Shown here: positions 21,359 to 31,155 of the stretch, piece by piece | How positions within the stretch are numbered: the first letter of the stretch is position 1 | How the letters are laid out: each line of letters starts with the position of its first letter | Virus record (IMG/VR): IMGVR_UViG_3300042511_000879 | Span: 62,001-126,000 of that record | Direction: 5' to 3' (one strand) | Length of the DNA stretch: 64,000 bases | Made by a program: the position numbers and the translations under genes | The notes under the pieces: model-generated | Told to the model about the DNA's origin: nothing | Databases searched by the model: none | What the model saw: the letters and a program-made list of their open reading frames with translations, nothing else

Positions 21359-22651
21359 TTATATTGCTCTAGATTTAACGATTTCAACATCATTAAATTT
21401 AGCTAGTTTTTTATCGAATGAACCTTCTCTAAAGATTCCTCCATTCATTGTTCCTTTAAAGGTTCCTTTTCCATAAACATAACAATCATTTGCAGTGCAC
21501 GTACCATGTACATATGAACCATCTAATTTAGAACTATTAAGCTGTGTTGATTGGTAGAAATTACAATAATGAATATCAGAACCATTAACGTCGCATCCAT
21601 ACATATCACATTCAGTAAATTCTCCTCGTAAAAAACAACTTACAAACTCATATCCTCTAAGGTCAACACAATATTCTAGACGACCTCCATTAACTTGAAT
21701 TTTACCAGCATCGGTGTCATAATTAATATGTCCTTTGCTAAGGTCTCCATGTGTAAATAATTTCATAACTCTTTCTTTAACAGAAGGCCAGTATAGGTCA
21801 ACTACCTTAGGATCGTCATTCATGTCGACGGTGAACTTAACATTTTTCCAATTATCTTTAATTGTCTTCCAGTCCTTTCTAGCATCGATTATTCTTTGGT
21901 TATCTGCAACTATTTTTTTTAATTCAATTGCATTTAACTCTGTGAAGTCTGGGTTTTCGGTTGATTTCCATAATTGAAGTAAAAAACGGTCGACTAAATA
22001 AAGAATCGTAGTTGTTTTCTTTTCCCAGTCCTCTCCTCCAATATAACGAAATTCAAGATAATTTTTATGTCTTTTGTCAAAATTTATTCCGTAGTATTTT
22101 GTATCTGGGTAGATAAAATTCTGTTGATTGATATGCTTTCCATCAAAGAAGTATGTGTCCTCTTTTGGTAGGACAAATTTGATAGATTTTGCGTATGCTG
22201 AGTTTTCTCTTTTAGGAAAGAATTTGAATACTTGTTCTTCATTAAAATCCAAAATGAATTTAAGAACGTTCATTTTAGAGATACGATACTTGTTTTCAAT
22301 TTTTGATTTATCAAATGAAAGATTTAAGTGAATCGAAGACCTATCATTTGTATATCCATTCTCTTGAATCCATTGACAAACATTAATTATCATTAGACGA
22401 GCTGCAGTATATGGAAGGGCTCCAGTAACTAACTCAAGAAGTTTAGCTCCACCCGACATGTCAGGTTCTATTTTAAATTCATCGCGAGTTACTTCAAAAT
22501 CGCTATGTGCTTTATCCTCGACGTGAATCTTTTTGCCAAGCAGTTTTTCAAGTTTTTTTGCAGTATCTTCAGCACTAAAATTTGAGTAGAACTCAAACTC
22601 TACGCCTACTAGAGCATTTTGCAAAATTTTAGATTCATTTAGATTATTCAT
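21359..22651 (-). CDS. Putative amidoligase (COOH-NH2 ligase family) with C-terminal beta-helix-like repeats
   Basis: GVEFEF, IEPDMS...LELVTG, SIHLNLSF, KYYGINF and LEFRYIGG motifs; C-terminal pentapeptide-like Cys/Gly/Asp repeats. Confidence 0.75.
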   Translation of the reverse strand: MNNLNESKILQNALVGVEFEFYSNFSAEDTAKKLEKLLGKKIHVEDKAHSDFEVTRDEFKIEPDMSGGAKLLELVTGALPYTAARLMIINVCQWIQENGYTNDRSSIHLNLSFDKSKIENKYRISKMNVLKFILDFNEEQVFKFFPKRENSAYAKSIKFVLPKEDTYFFDGKHINQQNFIYPDTKYYGINFDKRHKNYLEFRYIGGEDWEKKTTTILYLVDRFLLQLWKSTENPDFTELNAIELKKIVADNQRIIDARKDWKTIKDNWKNVKFTVDMNDDPKVVDLYWPSVKERVMKLFTHGDLSKGHINYDTDAGKIQVNGGRLEYCVDLRGYEFVSCFLRGEFTECDMYGCDVNGSDIHYCNFYQSTQLNSSKLDGSYVHGTCTANDCYVYGKGTFKGTMNGGIFREGSFDKKLAKFNDVEIVKSRAI

Positions 22652-22703
22652 TCAATTTGGATATATTAACTTAAGTTAAAGTATATATCCAAGTAAAAAA
22701 TAA

Positions 22704-23492
22704 CTATACCATAGAATCTCTTTTCGCTATAAGTTTTTGAAGTGATTTGTTAACACTTACTAACCATGTTTGTATTGAAGTAACATTAATTCGTTTCCAA
22801 CTATCGATTTGAGCTTGGATGCTTCTTTCTTGTTCTTGATAGTAGTATGCTTCGTCATTATTATAATTTTTAGCAGCATCTCTCTTTACAATTTCTTTCC
22901 AAGTCGGCCATACATAATCACTTTTTGCCTTAATCTCATCATCTGTTAATTTAGAGTTAACTTCAAGTTTTTCTTGTTCTGTTTTAATACGTTGCTTGTA
23001 ACTATTTATTTCTTTATTAATTTGTTCAAGCTTAGACATTTTCTTAATTTTGTCTGCATATTCTTTAGCAATTTCGGTAGCTCCAGTTTTTGGAATGCTG
23101 GTCTTAACAATATATCTATAGTGAAGTCTCTGAATGTTATGTCCTCCTGCATAAATCGCTTCAGTTTGGAAACTATAAGTGTTTTCTCCTCTTTGGATTT
23201 GAGCATCAATTTGAATATTTCCTTTAACGCTCTTACGCACGTTCATTGATAATAGTGAATCGGTTGGTAAGGTATACATTTCAATAGATTTAACCATATC
23301 GTATGTTAAATTGATTCTAGCATACTCTCTGTCGTATTTAGTGAACTCCTGTTTAAAGGTCTCAACAAACCATTTTTCTGTTGCAGCTAGCATTTCAACA
23401 ATTGTAGGTTCTAACGAATCTAAAATAACATTAACAATATTATCTTGATTTGACTCATTTAAGAATTGTCCGTATGTTTTAAATTTGTTCAT
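22704..23492 (-). CDS. Hypothetical protein with capsid-targeting-like leader
   Basis: N-terminus MNKFKTYGQFLNE|S resembles the T4 CTS MKTYQEFIAE. Confidence 0.6.
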   Translation of the reverse strand: MNKFKTYGQFLNESNQDNIVNVILDSLEPTIVEMLAATEKWFVETFKQEFTKYDREYARINLTYDMVKSIEMYTLPTDSLLSMNVRKSVKGNIQIDAQIQRGENTYSFQTEAIYAGGHNIQRLHYRYIVKTSIPKTGATEIAKEYADKIKKMSKLEQINKEINSYKQRIKTEQEKLEVNSKLTDDEIKAKSDYVWPTWKEIVKRDAAKNYNNDEAYYYQEQERSIQAQIDSWKRINVTSIQTWLVSVNKSLQKLIAKRDSMV

Positions 23493-23517
23493 GTTTTATA
23501 TATCTGTTTTAATTATA

Positions 23518-23590
23518 ATGTAAATATAAACAAAAAAACCCAGATCCGAAAATCTGGGTTGTTAATTTTATGTTAAAGTTATTAACAATT
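23518..23590 (-). promoter_or_regulatory. Class-1 promoter with embedded terminator hairpin (copy A)
   Basis: Minus strand TTTC(23551-23548)-N19-TATATTTA(23528-23521). TTTC lies in the loop of the AACCCAGAT/ATCTGGGTT hairpin (23537-23560), which is followed by a T run. Upstream TTGTTAATAAC/TTAACA boxes. Confidence 0.75.
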
Positions 23591-24803
23591 ATAGTTTCAA
23601 GAAAACCTTTCTAGTAGCTACGTCCATTCTTGTTATTTGAACGGTAATATTATCGTTCTTTGTAAGTGAATCAACCTTAACATTATCAGGAAGTTCGGAT
23701 ACGTGAAGTAATCCAACAATTCCATCTCCAACATCTACGAACACTCCATAATCTTTAACAGATTTTATTGTCCCTTTAACTTCAACTGGAAAACTTTTAT
23801 ACTTAGTAGCAACATCAGTCCATGGGTCAACAATTTCAACATGCTCTAATTGAGTCAACGTTATTTTATCGTTATTGATTATCTCTTTAATCTTAAATTC
23901 AATAACATCGCCTGGATTAATTTCTCTAGCCTTATGTTTTCTTGCCATTTCTGTGTTTAAATCATTTGCATGAATCATTCCAGTTAAACAATTATCAAAT
24001 TCAACAAATACTCCGTATTTTGTAGAACCTGTTACGTTACCTTCTTTGGTTTCTCCAGGGGTATTTCTAAGGTCTTCAATAGCATTTGGAATAAGCGCTT
24101 GAAGATATTTTCTATGGGATACTATTACTGTTCCTTTTTCCGGAGAGAAACTCATCGGTACTACGTACATTTGTGTGTTAATTACAGAACCAAAGTCTGC
24201 AAGTTTATTAATACCAGCTAGGGATCCTGGCATAAAGCAATCAACTCCTTGAACATTAACAAAGTAACCTCCACCTGGAATCATACTTGTTACAGTTCCC
24301 ATATATGCAGTATTTCCAGTTTCAGCAGATGCTAAAATTTCTCTTAATGTAGCAGCTTTGATACCAGCTTCAACAGAACCTAATACAAATCCTCTAGTAC
24401 TTTTACTTTTTTCTGCTGTAATTTCAACAGATATTTCAGTTCCAGGAATTAATTTTGCTCTTGAGATTGTAGATTCTTTTGACAATTGAACATACACCAT
24501 TTCACGATATCCAATATCGATAGATGCCCATTCCATGTCTACTGCATAAACTTTACCAGTATGCGTTTCTCCAGCATGTATTACATGTGTTTGATTATTT
24601 TCACTCCAGTGACTTTCCATTAAATTAAGAAGTTCTTGAGCATATGGTTCTCTAGAATAAACCTTAACACCATCTGGCGCTTTTACATGCTGGTTTATTT
24701 TTCTAAGAGTAGATGGGCAATCTGCAGAATATGCTTCCCAATCGAAGTTAGAGATATCGTTTGATAAATTCTCTGTTTGTTTAGTTAAAACGTCTTGTGA
24801 CAT
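23589..24803 (-). CDS. rpsA: Phage-encoded ribosomal protein bS1 homolog (four S1 domains)
   Basis: Bacteroidota-like N-terminal FDWEAY; S1 repeats YMGTVTSMIPGGGYFVNV, EGNVTGSTKYGVFVEF and KGTIKSVKDYGVFVDVGDGIVGLLHVSEL. Confidence 0.9.
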   Translation of the reverse strand: MSQDVLTKQTENLSNDISNFDWEAYSADCPSTLRKINQHVKAPDGVKVYSREPYAQELLNLMESHWSENNQTHVIHAGETHTGKVYAVDMEWASIDIGYREMVYVQLSKESTISRAKLIPGTEISVEITAEKSKSTRGFVLGSVEAGIKAATLREILASAETGNTAYMGTVTSMIPGGGYFVNVQGVDCFMPGSLAGINKLADFGSVINTQMYVVPMSFSPEKGTVIVSHRKYLQALIPNAIEDLRNTPGETKEGNVTGSTKYGVFVEFDNCLTGMIHANDLNTEMARKHKAREINPGDVIEFKIKEIINNDKITLTQLEHVEIVDPWTDVATKYKSFPVEVKGTIKSVKDYGVFVDVGDGIVGLLHVSELPDNVKVDSLTKNDNITVQITRMDVATRKVFLKL

Positions 24804-24846
24804 TGTTTTTATTTTTAAAAGGTTAATAAATTATATATTTGTTTTT

Positions 24847-27012
24847 TTAGAATGCTAGCGGTGAAAATCCTATCATAGGTGCAGTACTTGTACCTACTGG
24901 TATTTTTCCATTGTATATGAATTTTAGGTCTAAAAGATGTTTTGAGCATGCAACTGCAACCGCAGTTGCAACTGCTTTAGTAGCTGTTTTTAATGTTGGT
25001 TCAATTTTAAATCTTTTACCAGTATTCCATGCTCTTCTTAAGTCTGCTCCTAGTTTTGCCTCATCTCCGTAATATATTGGAATGTAACTTCCAGGTTGGG
25101 GTATTAAACAAGGTAATATTGGAGGTGACGTTGCAAATGGTTGAGCTGCTGTAGATTTCCAATAATCAAGTATACATTTTGACATTACGCAATATGCATC
25201 ATCCGCACCGCATGCATTTCCAGCTTTTTTGTTATCTTCTGCTATTTGATTAATATGACGGATTTTTAGGTTTCTATATCTAACCTTTTCAATATCATAT
25301 TTAGCTAGTTTTGCCTTTAAACGAATTGGTTCGGTTTTCATAGACCATTGTTTAAACGTTTCATTTTTTGTACTTGATGCGGTCGCTGCAACTATTGGGT
25401 TTTTGGCTGGAGCTCCTGCTTGATCGTTGTCAATCCCTTTAACATAAGTAAATATGCAAATAAAAGTTGAAGTTATCCATTTTGGAATACTATTAGGCCT
25501 ATCATCGTACTCTTCTTGGAATAATCTATCATTAGTTGCTACTTCTTTTTTAATCTTATTCTTAATCTTTATTACACGAAGAGATTGCACAGTTAACTCT
25601 CTATTTAATGTATCTATTTTTTTATCATCTTTTTTGAACTTTGCAATTGCTAATTCATTTTGGTATAACCTAATTTTTGCCATTATATAATCAATTGAAT
25701 CAACTTCTTTAATTTCATTGATATTTTTTTTAACAATATCGATGTTAATTAACTGTAATTCTACTGTAAGTTTCTGATTCAACCTTTCAATTTTATCAGA
25801 TACTGAAGTAGCACTTCCATTATAATTATTAAAATTTTTATATGCTAATTCAATTTTTTCTAGCGAAATTTCTGATTGAAGTAATTCAACATATGCATAT
25901 CTTTTTTCAATTGATTTGAGATTAATTTTTGTATTTAATTTATCATACTTTTCTTTCGCTTTTCTAATAGATTCACGAGCTGAATCATATTGATTTCGAT
26001 AATTATATCTAGTAACATTCGTTGAGTTATCGGCGTTTGTTTGAGGCAATCCATTAATTCCAGTATTAGTTTTTATAGATTCAGCTTCTTTGTCAAAAAA
26101 TTCTAAAACCTTCTTACTTACTTTTTTGGCGAAATCTCCATGATATGGAAGTCTTTCAACCCAATCTAAATATTCTTCTGTTCCATCATTTTCATGTATT
26201 ACTTTATTTGTAAGTTCATCAACTTGTTGAGCCTCTGTCATAGGTTTTACAAGTTGAAAAACAATAGGTGGATCCACTTTAATTTCAACTGCCTTTGTAT
26301 CTTCTTTTATTTCTATTGAAGCGCTTCTATCTATATTTTTAATTTCTGCCTTTTTAGATGCATCCATTGCACTAATAAAAACATACTCATATTTACCAGG
26401 ATCTGTAGGAGCCAAAAACTTTACAATTCCTGCGCTATCAGATGTCAATGCAGGTTGTATTAATCCATTTAATGAATATGTAAATTCATATGGAGAAGTT
26501 CCATCCCCGCCAACAACTGACATTGTTACATATCGAAGTTCTGGTTGATTGTCTACATTTTCAGAAGTTATATCAATATCTCCAAAAAGATTAGTTAATG
26601 GAACTATTGGTTTTGGAATTATACACGTAGTAGGAAACAATGGGTAAAATTCAAAAGGGTCTATTGTTTCCTTATTCTTAAGGGTCCACTCTTCAAATTC
26701 ACAATCTGGATTCATGCTTAAATCTACTCCAGGAAGTTTTTCAAACATATCTTCATATAATGAGTTTCCAAATTTATCTTCTAATTGAGGTTCAAGAGAT
26801 TTGAATAGCATATTGAATGCTTTTTTAAATCCTTCTTCAAGTATTGGTTTTTGTCCAGATTTATGGATATTTCCAAATGGAGTTTGTGAGGTTTTAACAG
26901 CATTAAAATATTCATTAGCAACAAACATACCGAAATCGTCTGGACCTTTAGAAGTTCTACTGGCCAGTTTTTTGGAAACGTTATTAATAAATATTGGCCA
27001 CTGTGCAGGCAT
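24847..27012 (-). CDS. Hypothetical spike-adjacent protein with Ig-like and coiled-coil insert
   Basis: 721-aa ORF immediately downstream of the gp5-like gene; long helical coiled coil in the middle. Confidence 0.5.
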   Translation of the reverse strand: MPAQWPIFINNVSKKLASRTSKGPDDFGMFVANEYFNAVKTSQTPFGNIHKSGQKPILEEGFKKAFNMLFKSLEPQLEDKFGNSLYEDMFEKLPGVDLSMNPDCEFEEWTLKNKETIDPFEFYPLFPTTCIIPKPIVPLTNLFGDIDITSENVDNQPELRYVTMSVVGGDGTSPYEFTYSLNGLIQPALTSDSAGIVKFLAPTDPGKYEYVFISAMDASKKAEIKNIDRSASIEIKEDTKAVEIKVDPPIVFQLVKPMTEAQQVDELTNKVIHENDGTEEYLDWVERLPYHGDFAKKVSKKVLEFFDKEAESIKTNTGINGLPQTNADNSTNVTRYNYRNQYDSARESIRKAKEKYDKLNTKINLKSIEKRYAYVELLQSEISLEKIELAYKNFNNYNGSATSVSDKIERLNQKLTVELQLINIDIVKKNINEIKEVDSIDYIMAKIRLYQNELAIAKFKKDDKKIDTLNRELTVQSLRVIKIKNKIKKEVATNDRLFQEEYDDRPNSIPKWITSTFICIFTYVKGIDNDQAGAPAKNPIVAATASSTKNETFKQWSMKTEPIRLKAKLAKYDIEKVRYRNLKIRHINQIAEDNKKAGNACGADDAYCVMSKCILDYWKSTAAQPFATSPPILPCLIPQPGSYIPIYYGDEAKLGADLRRAWNTGKRFKIEPTLKTATKAVATAVAVACSKHLLDLKFIYNGKIPVGTSTAPMIGFSPLAF

Positions 27013-27043
27013 ATTGTGTTAATTTATAGGATATTTATCCCAA

Positions 27044-27763
27044 TTATTTATTCTTTTGCTGATATGTTATATGCGAACTTTTAAGACTTGAAATTGTCGA
27101 AGGAGTCGGTGGTGAAGGAGGTCCTGAAGGTCCTGTTGGAGTTGGATGGATATGTGCTTTATAATCATCCAATAGTTTATTTAACCATTTTTCTAAAGAG
27201 ACTCCACGAACTGTAGGTTCATCTTCATTTTCACTTCCCTCTCCAGTATTACTTAAGAATACATTTCCAGAGTCTAGGAATATCTTGTCTTTAGTTGAAA
27301 TTTTAATAAATCCCTTCTCATCAATTTGAATTAATGGACGTTCTTTAGCTCCAGTTCCTCTGGTAATTACCAATCCATCTTCAGGAGAATGATAGATTCT
27401 TATATTTCTTACTTCATCATATATTAATGAAACAACATCATGTGCGGCTCCCGACTTATCAAGAACATCTGCTTTAAGAGCTTTACTTTGATTGACTTGA
27501 AACCAATATTCAGGGTGATAGATATTACCATTATCAAAACGAACAGCAACTATAGTTCCAATATTTGGAGTATTATGAGAACCAACTAAATCTCTATTCA
27601 TTGGTGTTGCCCATGGAATAGCATCATTGGGAAGTTTATCAAACTTCCCATATACTTTAACTCTGCATCTTCCCCAATTCTTAGGATCCGCATTATCTAC
27701 AACCTCACCTATCCAATGGGTCTCCCTAATGTTATCCTTTTCTAATTCAGTATCTGTTGCCAT
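27044..27763 (-). CDS. Baseplate spike, gp5/gpV-like (OB fold plus beta-strand spike, no lysozyme domain)
   Basis: WIGEVVDNADPKNWGRCRVKVYG is the gp5 OB signature; C-terminal HIHP metal-binding tip motif. Confidence 0.85.
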   Translation of the reverse strand: MATDTELEKDNIRETHWIGEVVDNADPKNWGRCRVKVYGKFDKLPNDAIPWATPMNRDLVGSHNTPNIGTIVAVRFDNGNIYHPEYWFQVNQSKALKADVLDKSGAAHDVVSLIYDEVRNIRIYHSPEDGLVITRGTGAKERPLIQIDEKGFIKISTKDKIFLDSGNVFLSNTGEGSENEDEPTVRGVSLEKWLNKLLDDYKAHIHPTPTGPSGPPSPPTPSTISSLKSSHITYQQKNK

Positions 27764-28968
27764 TATTTATTATAAATGTTACCTAAGTTATTAATCGCCG
27801 CTTTATTAAGTCCTTGTCCTATTGTAGAACCTGGTAAGATTCCATACACATTAGCTTGAATGGCAGCTCCTATATTTCTTCCCGCAATTACATCATTTGC
27901 GGCACTTGTGACTGCTTGGTCTGCTCTTCTTATAACATTCGAAAATACATTTTCGAATTTAGGAATTCTGTTAAGCGTCTCATCCTTTAACCTTTGTAGA
28001 GCTTCTGCTTTCTTTTTTTCTGCAAGAGCTTTTAAGTCTCGTGCGGCACTTTCCTTTACTTTATCAACTTTACCTTTAAGTTTATCTTTAGCAAATTCAA
28101 TAGGAGTTTTTGATGAGGATGAAAACATTTCTTGGTCAGGCGCGGGAGACAATTGAGCCTCTGCGTAACTTTGTTTAATGATTCCGTTTAACACTCTTGC
28201 TTCAACCTTTTCGATTTTTTCATATTTTATCGTAAGAGCTTCTTTTGCCATTTCAGGGTTTTTACTAAGATCTGCAAAAACAGTAGTTCCTGATGCTAAA
28301 TCAAACTCACAGTATTTTGCACCTATTAAAAAGTAGGGACGACCTTCTGGTCCAGAAATACCTGCATTTTTATTTTCGGTATCAATTTTTGGTTTCATAT
28401 TATCTGGAAATCCGGCAATAGCACTTTTATCTAGTTTTTTGGGAATCCCATTTACCTTTACATCTTCTACAATTGCAATCGATCGTACTTCAGTAACATA
28501 TATCCACATTCTAAACTTTCTTAAGTTAGCAGGGATTATGTAACTCCACTTTCTCTCGTCAAATATTGCTCTTCTATATAAGTGCATTAAACCAGAAATT
28601 GTAAGATTTAAAGATTCTAATGTTTCAATTTCAAATTTTGCATCATCACCTCCAATGTATGCATTTTGAGGATTATATTGTTGCAGTCTTTCTAGTCCCT
28701 TAAATGATTGCCAAAACCATGGCAATTCTTTATTAATAGTTTCTAGTGTTTTTATAAAATTTTGTAAGTCATTGAGTCTTTCTGCATAAAAAGAGTCTTG
28801 CGCTGCCAATGGTTTTAAAAAATTAACAGCCCCACCTGCAAGAAGTGGAGAGCTTTCTATATCATAAAAATCGAATAATAAAGCAAAAGAAAGATACGTC
28901 GGATCTTGGTAAGGGTATTTCCTGTAGGAACCTTTTCTAAAATCCATTGGTGTTTTAAAATCTGACAT
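27763..28968 (-). CDS. Tail-tube-fold baseplate protein (gp54/gp48-like), tentative
   Basis: Position between hub and spike; LETLESLNLTISGLMHLYRRAIFD...LRKFRMWIYVTEVR resembles tube-initiator proteins. Confidence 0.45.
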   Translation of the reverse strand: MSDFKTPMDFRKGSYRKYPYQDPTYLSFALLFDFYDIESSPLLAGGAVNFLKPLAAQDSFYAERLNDLQNFIKTLETINKELPWFWQSFKGLERLQQYNPQNAYIGGDDAKFEIETLESLNLTISGLMHLYRRAIFDERKWSYIIPANLRKFRMWIYVTEVRSIAIVEDVKVNGIPKKLDKSAIAGFPDNMKPKIDTENKNAGISGPEGRPYFLIGAKYCEFDLASGTTVFADLSKNPEMAKEALTIKYEKIEKVEARVLNGIIKQSYAEAQLSPAPDQEMFSSSSKTPIEFAKDKLKGKVDKVKESAARDLKALAEKKKAEALQRLKDETLNRIPKFENVFSNVIRRADQAVTSAANDVIAGRNIGAAIQANVYGILPGSTIGQGLNKAAINNLGNIYNK

Positions 28969-28989
28969 GTATTATATATTATTTTTATT

Positions 28990-31155
28990 TTAACCTTTCA
29001 TTAATTCAGCTTCATTCGCTGCTTCTGTATCCTTTAAAACATCTTCAAGTTTTTCACCTTCCACTTTACCATTTTTAGGAGGACTTGAATTCTTTTTCTG
29101 AGCATCAGAGCTTAATGTATATGAACCTACAAATGTTCCATAATCAGGTCCGTATTTAACATCCCATATATAAACTTTCTTACTTTCAGAAGAGGTAATT
29201 CCACTTTGATTAATAATATCTCCAGTTTTCCATGGATTCCATTTAAACTTAACATCTTTTTCAACCTTCTGCTCCTTATATGTTAATGTCACTTTTATAG
29301 TATACGCACCTTCTTTATCTTTAAACGTTGCTTTAGGGACTTCAAATATAGCATTGTATTTGTCCCCTGGATCTCCTTGGTCTTCTAATGTAACGTTAGC
29401 ATCATATTCTTTTTCAAGAGGTCCTACAAATTTAACCTTAATTTTAGGAGTTTCTGTAACTAGCGTTTTATCATCAGCAGTCCACTTGAATCTTGGTTTA
29501 AATTCATACCAAGAACCTAACCTATCCGCGTATTTAAAGTAACTTAAGTCCAAATCTAATACTGGTTCTTTTGGTGGTTCTGGTGGTGGTGGCGGTTCAA
29601 CAGGTTCTGGAGTAGGTGGTGGTACAGGAGGAGTAGGCGCAGGTGTAGCAGGTGTTGGTGCCGCGGCAACAGTCTCTGGATTAATATTATTAATTCTACT
29701 TGGCCATTCTCTTCTTAGCAATTTTAATTTTTGTTTAACAGAAGGATCCCCTGTCTTAAAGGTATATTCAATACCTCCAACAACATAATATGACGATAAA
29801 AATTCGTCTAGTACATATTTACCAGGTTCTACTGTTGATGCATCCGGATCTACTGTAGTATCGAACCCTTTTTCTTTTTTAGCATCTTTAATAACTTTAT
29901 CTGCTCCTAATTTGTCCTGTTGATTTGTATAAATAGCAACCGGTATTTTTTGGTATAAATGGATCGCAGGATTAAAAGATGCCAATGAAACTTCCAATGA
30001 CATTTTTTTAACCTCATCTAAGTTTTGAGCATTGCTTATTGCAGAATACTCGTAATTTAGATGAGTATGTGATGTTTCTGGATCTGCGTTTTTTCTACCA
30101 GTATATTTTGTCTTTGTTTCACCTTTATAACGATCTTCATCTCTTCGACCCTTCATAGGTTCCTCAATATCCGACATTTTCTTGCTTGCAAGAGGTTCAA
30201 TTTCATGACTTACTAGTCCCTCATCTGAATCATCTTCAAAATATTGAAGAGTTCTTTTGTAACCATTTTTTTTGGTTTTACTTCCAGCACTATTTGCTAG
30301 AGACTGTGCCTCAATAAATAGGTTGGTACCTGCATCTCTTTTATGATTGGTTAATATAAGTGGTTTTTTAGTTTGATTTGCTGAATCATCTGATCCATTT
30401 CCAGGCATATCATTAAGTTCTCTATCATAAGAAGCAATAATGTCGTCAATAGATTCTTCTGATTCTAATAAAGTATTTAAGTTAACATAATTAACATAGT
30501 AGTATTGATCGATACAATACGTCTGGAAACTATCCTCATCAATGTACGAGTGTTTTACCAAATCTTCCAATGTATCAAATCTACTATTATAAGGTAAAAC
30601 CAGGGTACATGAATCATCAGCAGAATCAATATTGGTTGCAACTCCAAGCTTTAAATCATTAGCAATTGCTTCAAGATGGTCTAGAGAAGTACCTTTCCCA
30701 TAAGATTTGCATTCATCAGCATATAAACCGGGAACTTTAATCCTTCCTGAAAAATTATATTTTCCTCCTTTGACATTTGAGTTTTGTCTAGGTTGGTCAG
30801 CACTTGTAATATCGAAATCGATTCTAATATCTTTATACGATGTTTTGTCAAGGGTACCCATTCTAAAGTTAATAACATCACCATCTCTAGGGAATGTGTC
30901 AATTGTAAATAGACCTTGAGTATCTGCAAGAGTAAGGTCTATTGTTGGGAGAGACCCATTACAATCTAATACCATTTTCAAAACGTCTCGGTCACTAAAA
31001 ACATATCCATTGATAGAAACCATTAGTATATAACCTTTACTAGTGTTAGCTTTAGTTGCATCACCTTCACCTTCACCGAACGATTCAAAAGTAACCTTGT
31101 CTAACTTAATAGTAGGCTCTGTTATTGTAAGAATATGATTATTAATTGATGCCAT
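28990..31155 (-). CDS. Baseplate hub, gp27-like, with Pro-rich linker and C-terminal extension
   Basis: Hub-like body (LPTIDLTLAD, SFNPAIHLYQKIPV, YYVVGGIEY...QKLKLLRREW), then PTPATPAPTPPVPPPTPEPVEPPPPPEPP and about 180 further beta-rich residues. Confidence 0.6.
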   Translation of the reverse strand: MASINNHILTITEPTIKLDKVTFESFGEGEGDATKANTSKGYILMVSINGYVFSDRDVLKMVLDCNGSLPTIDLTLADTQGLFTIDTFPRDGDVINFRMGTLDKTSYKDIRIDFDITSADQPRQNSNVKGGKYNFSGRIKVPGLYADECKSYGKGTSLDHLEAIANDLKLGVATNIDSADDSCTLVLPYNSRFDTLEDLVKHSYIDEDSFQTYCIDQYYYVNYVNLNTLLESEESIDDIIASYDRELNDMPGNGSDDSANQTKKPLILTNHKRDAGTNLFIEAQSLANSAGSKTKKNGYKRTLQYFEDDSDEGLVSHEIEPLASKKMSDIEEPMKGRRDEDRYKGETKTKYTGRKNADPETSHTHLNYEYSAISNAQNLDEVKKMSLEVSLASFNPAIHLYQKIPVAIYTNQQDKLGADKVIKDAKKEKGFDTTVDPDASTVEPGKYVLDEFLSSYYVVGGIEYTFKTGDPSVKQKLKLLRREWPSRINNINPETVAAAPTPATPAPTPPVPPPTPEPVEPPPPPEPPKEPVLDLDLSYFKYADRLGSWYEFKPRFKWTADDKTLVTETPKIKVKFVGPLEKEYDANVTLEDQGDPGDKYNAIFEVPKATFKDKEGAYTIKVTLTYKEQKVEKDVKFKWNPWKTGDIINQSGITSSESKKVYIWDVKYGPDYGTFVGSYTLSSDAQKKNSSPPKNGKVEGEKLEDVLKDTEAANEAELMKG

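Noticed and set aside
22659-22690. Palindrome TTAACTTAAGTTAA with GGATATA/TATATCC flanks upstream of the amidoligase
   Set aside because: Almost all A/T, single occurrence, and partly explained by the class-3 motif; too weak to call an operator.
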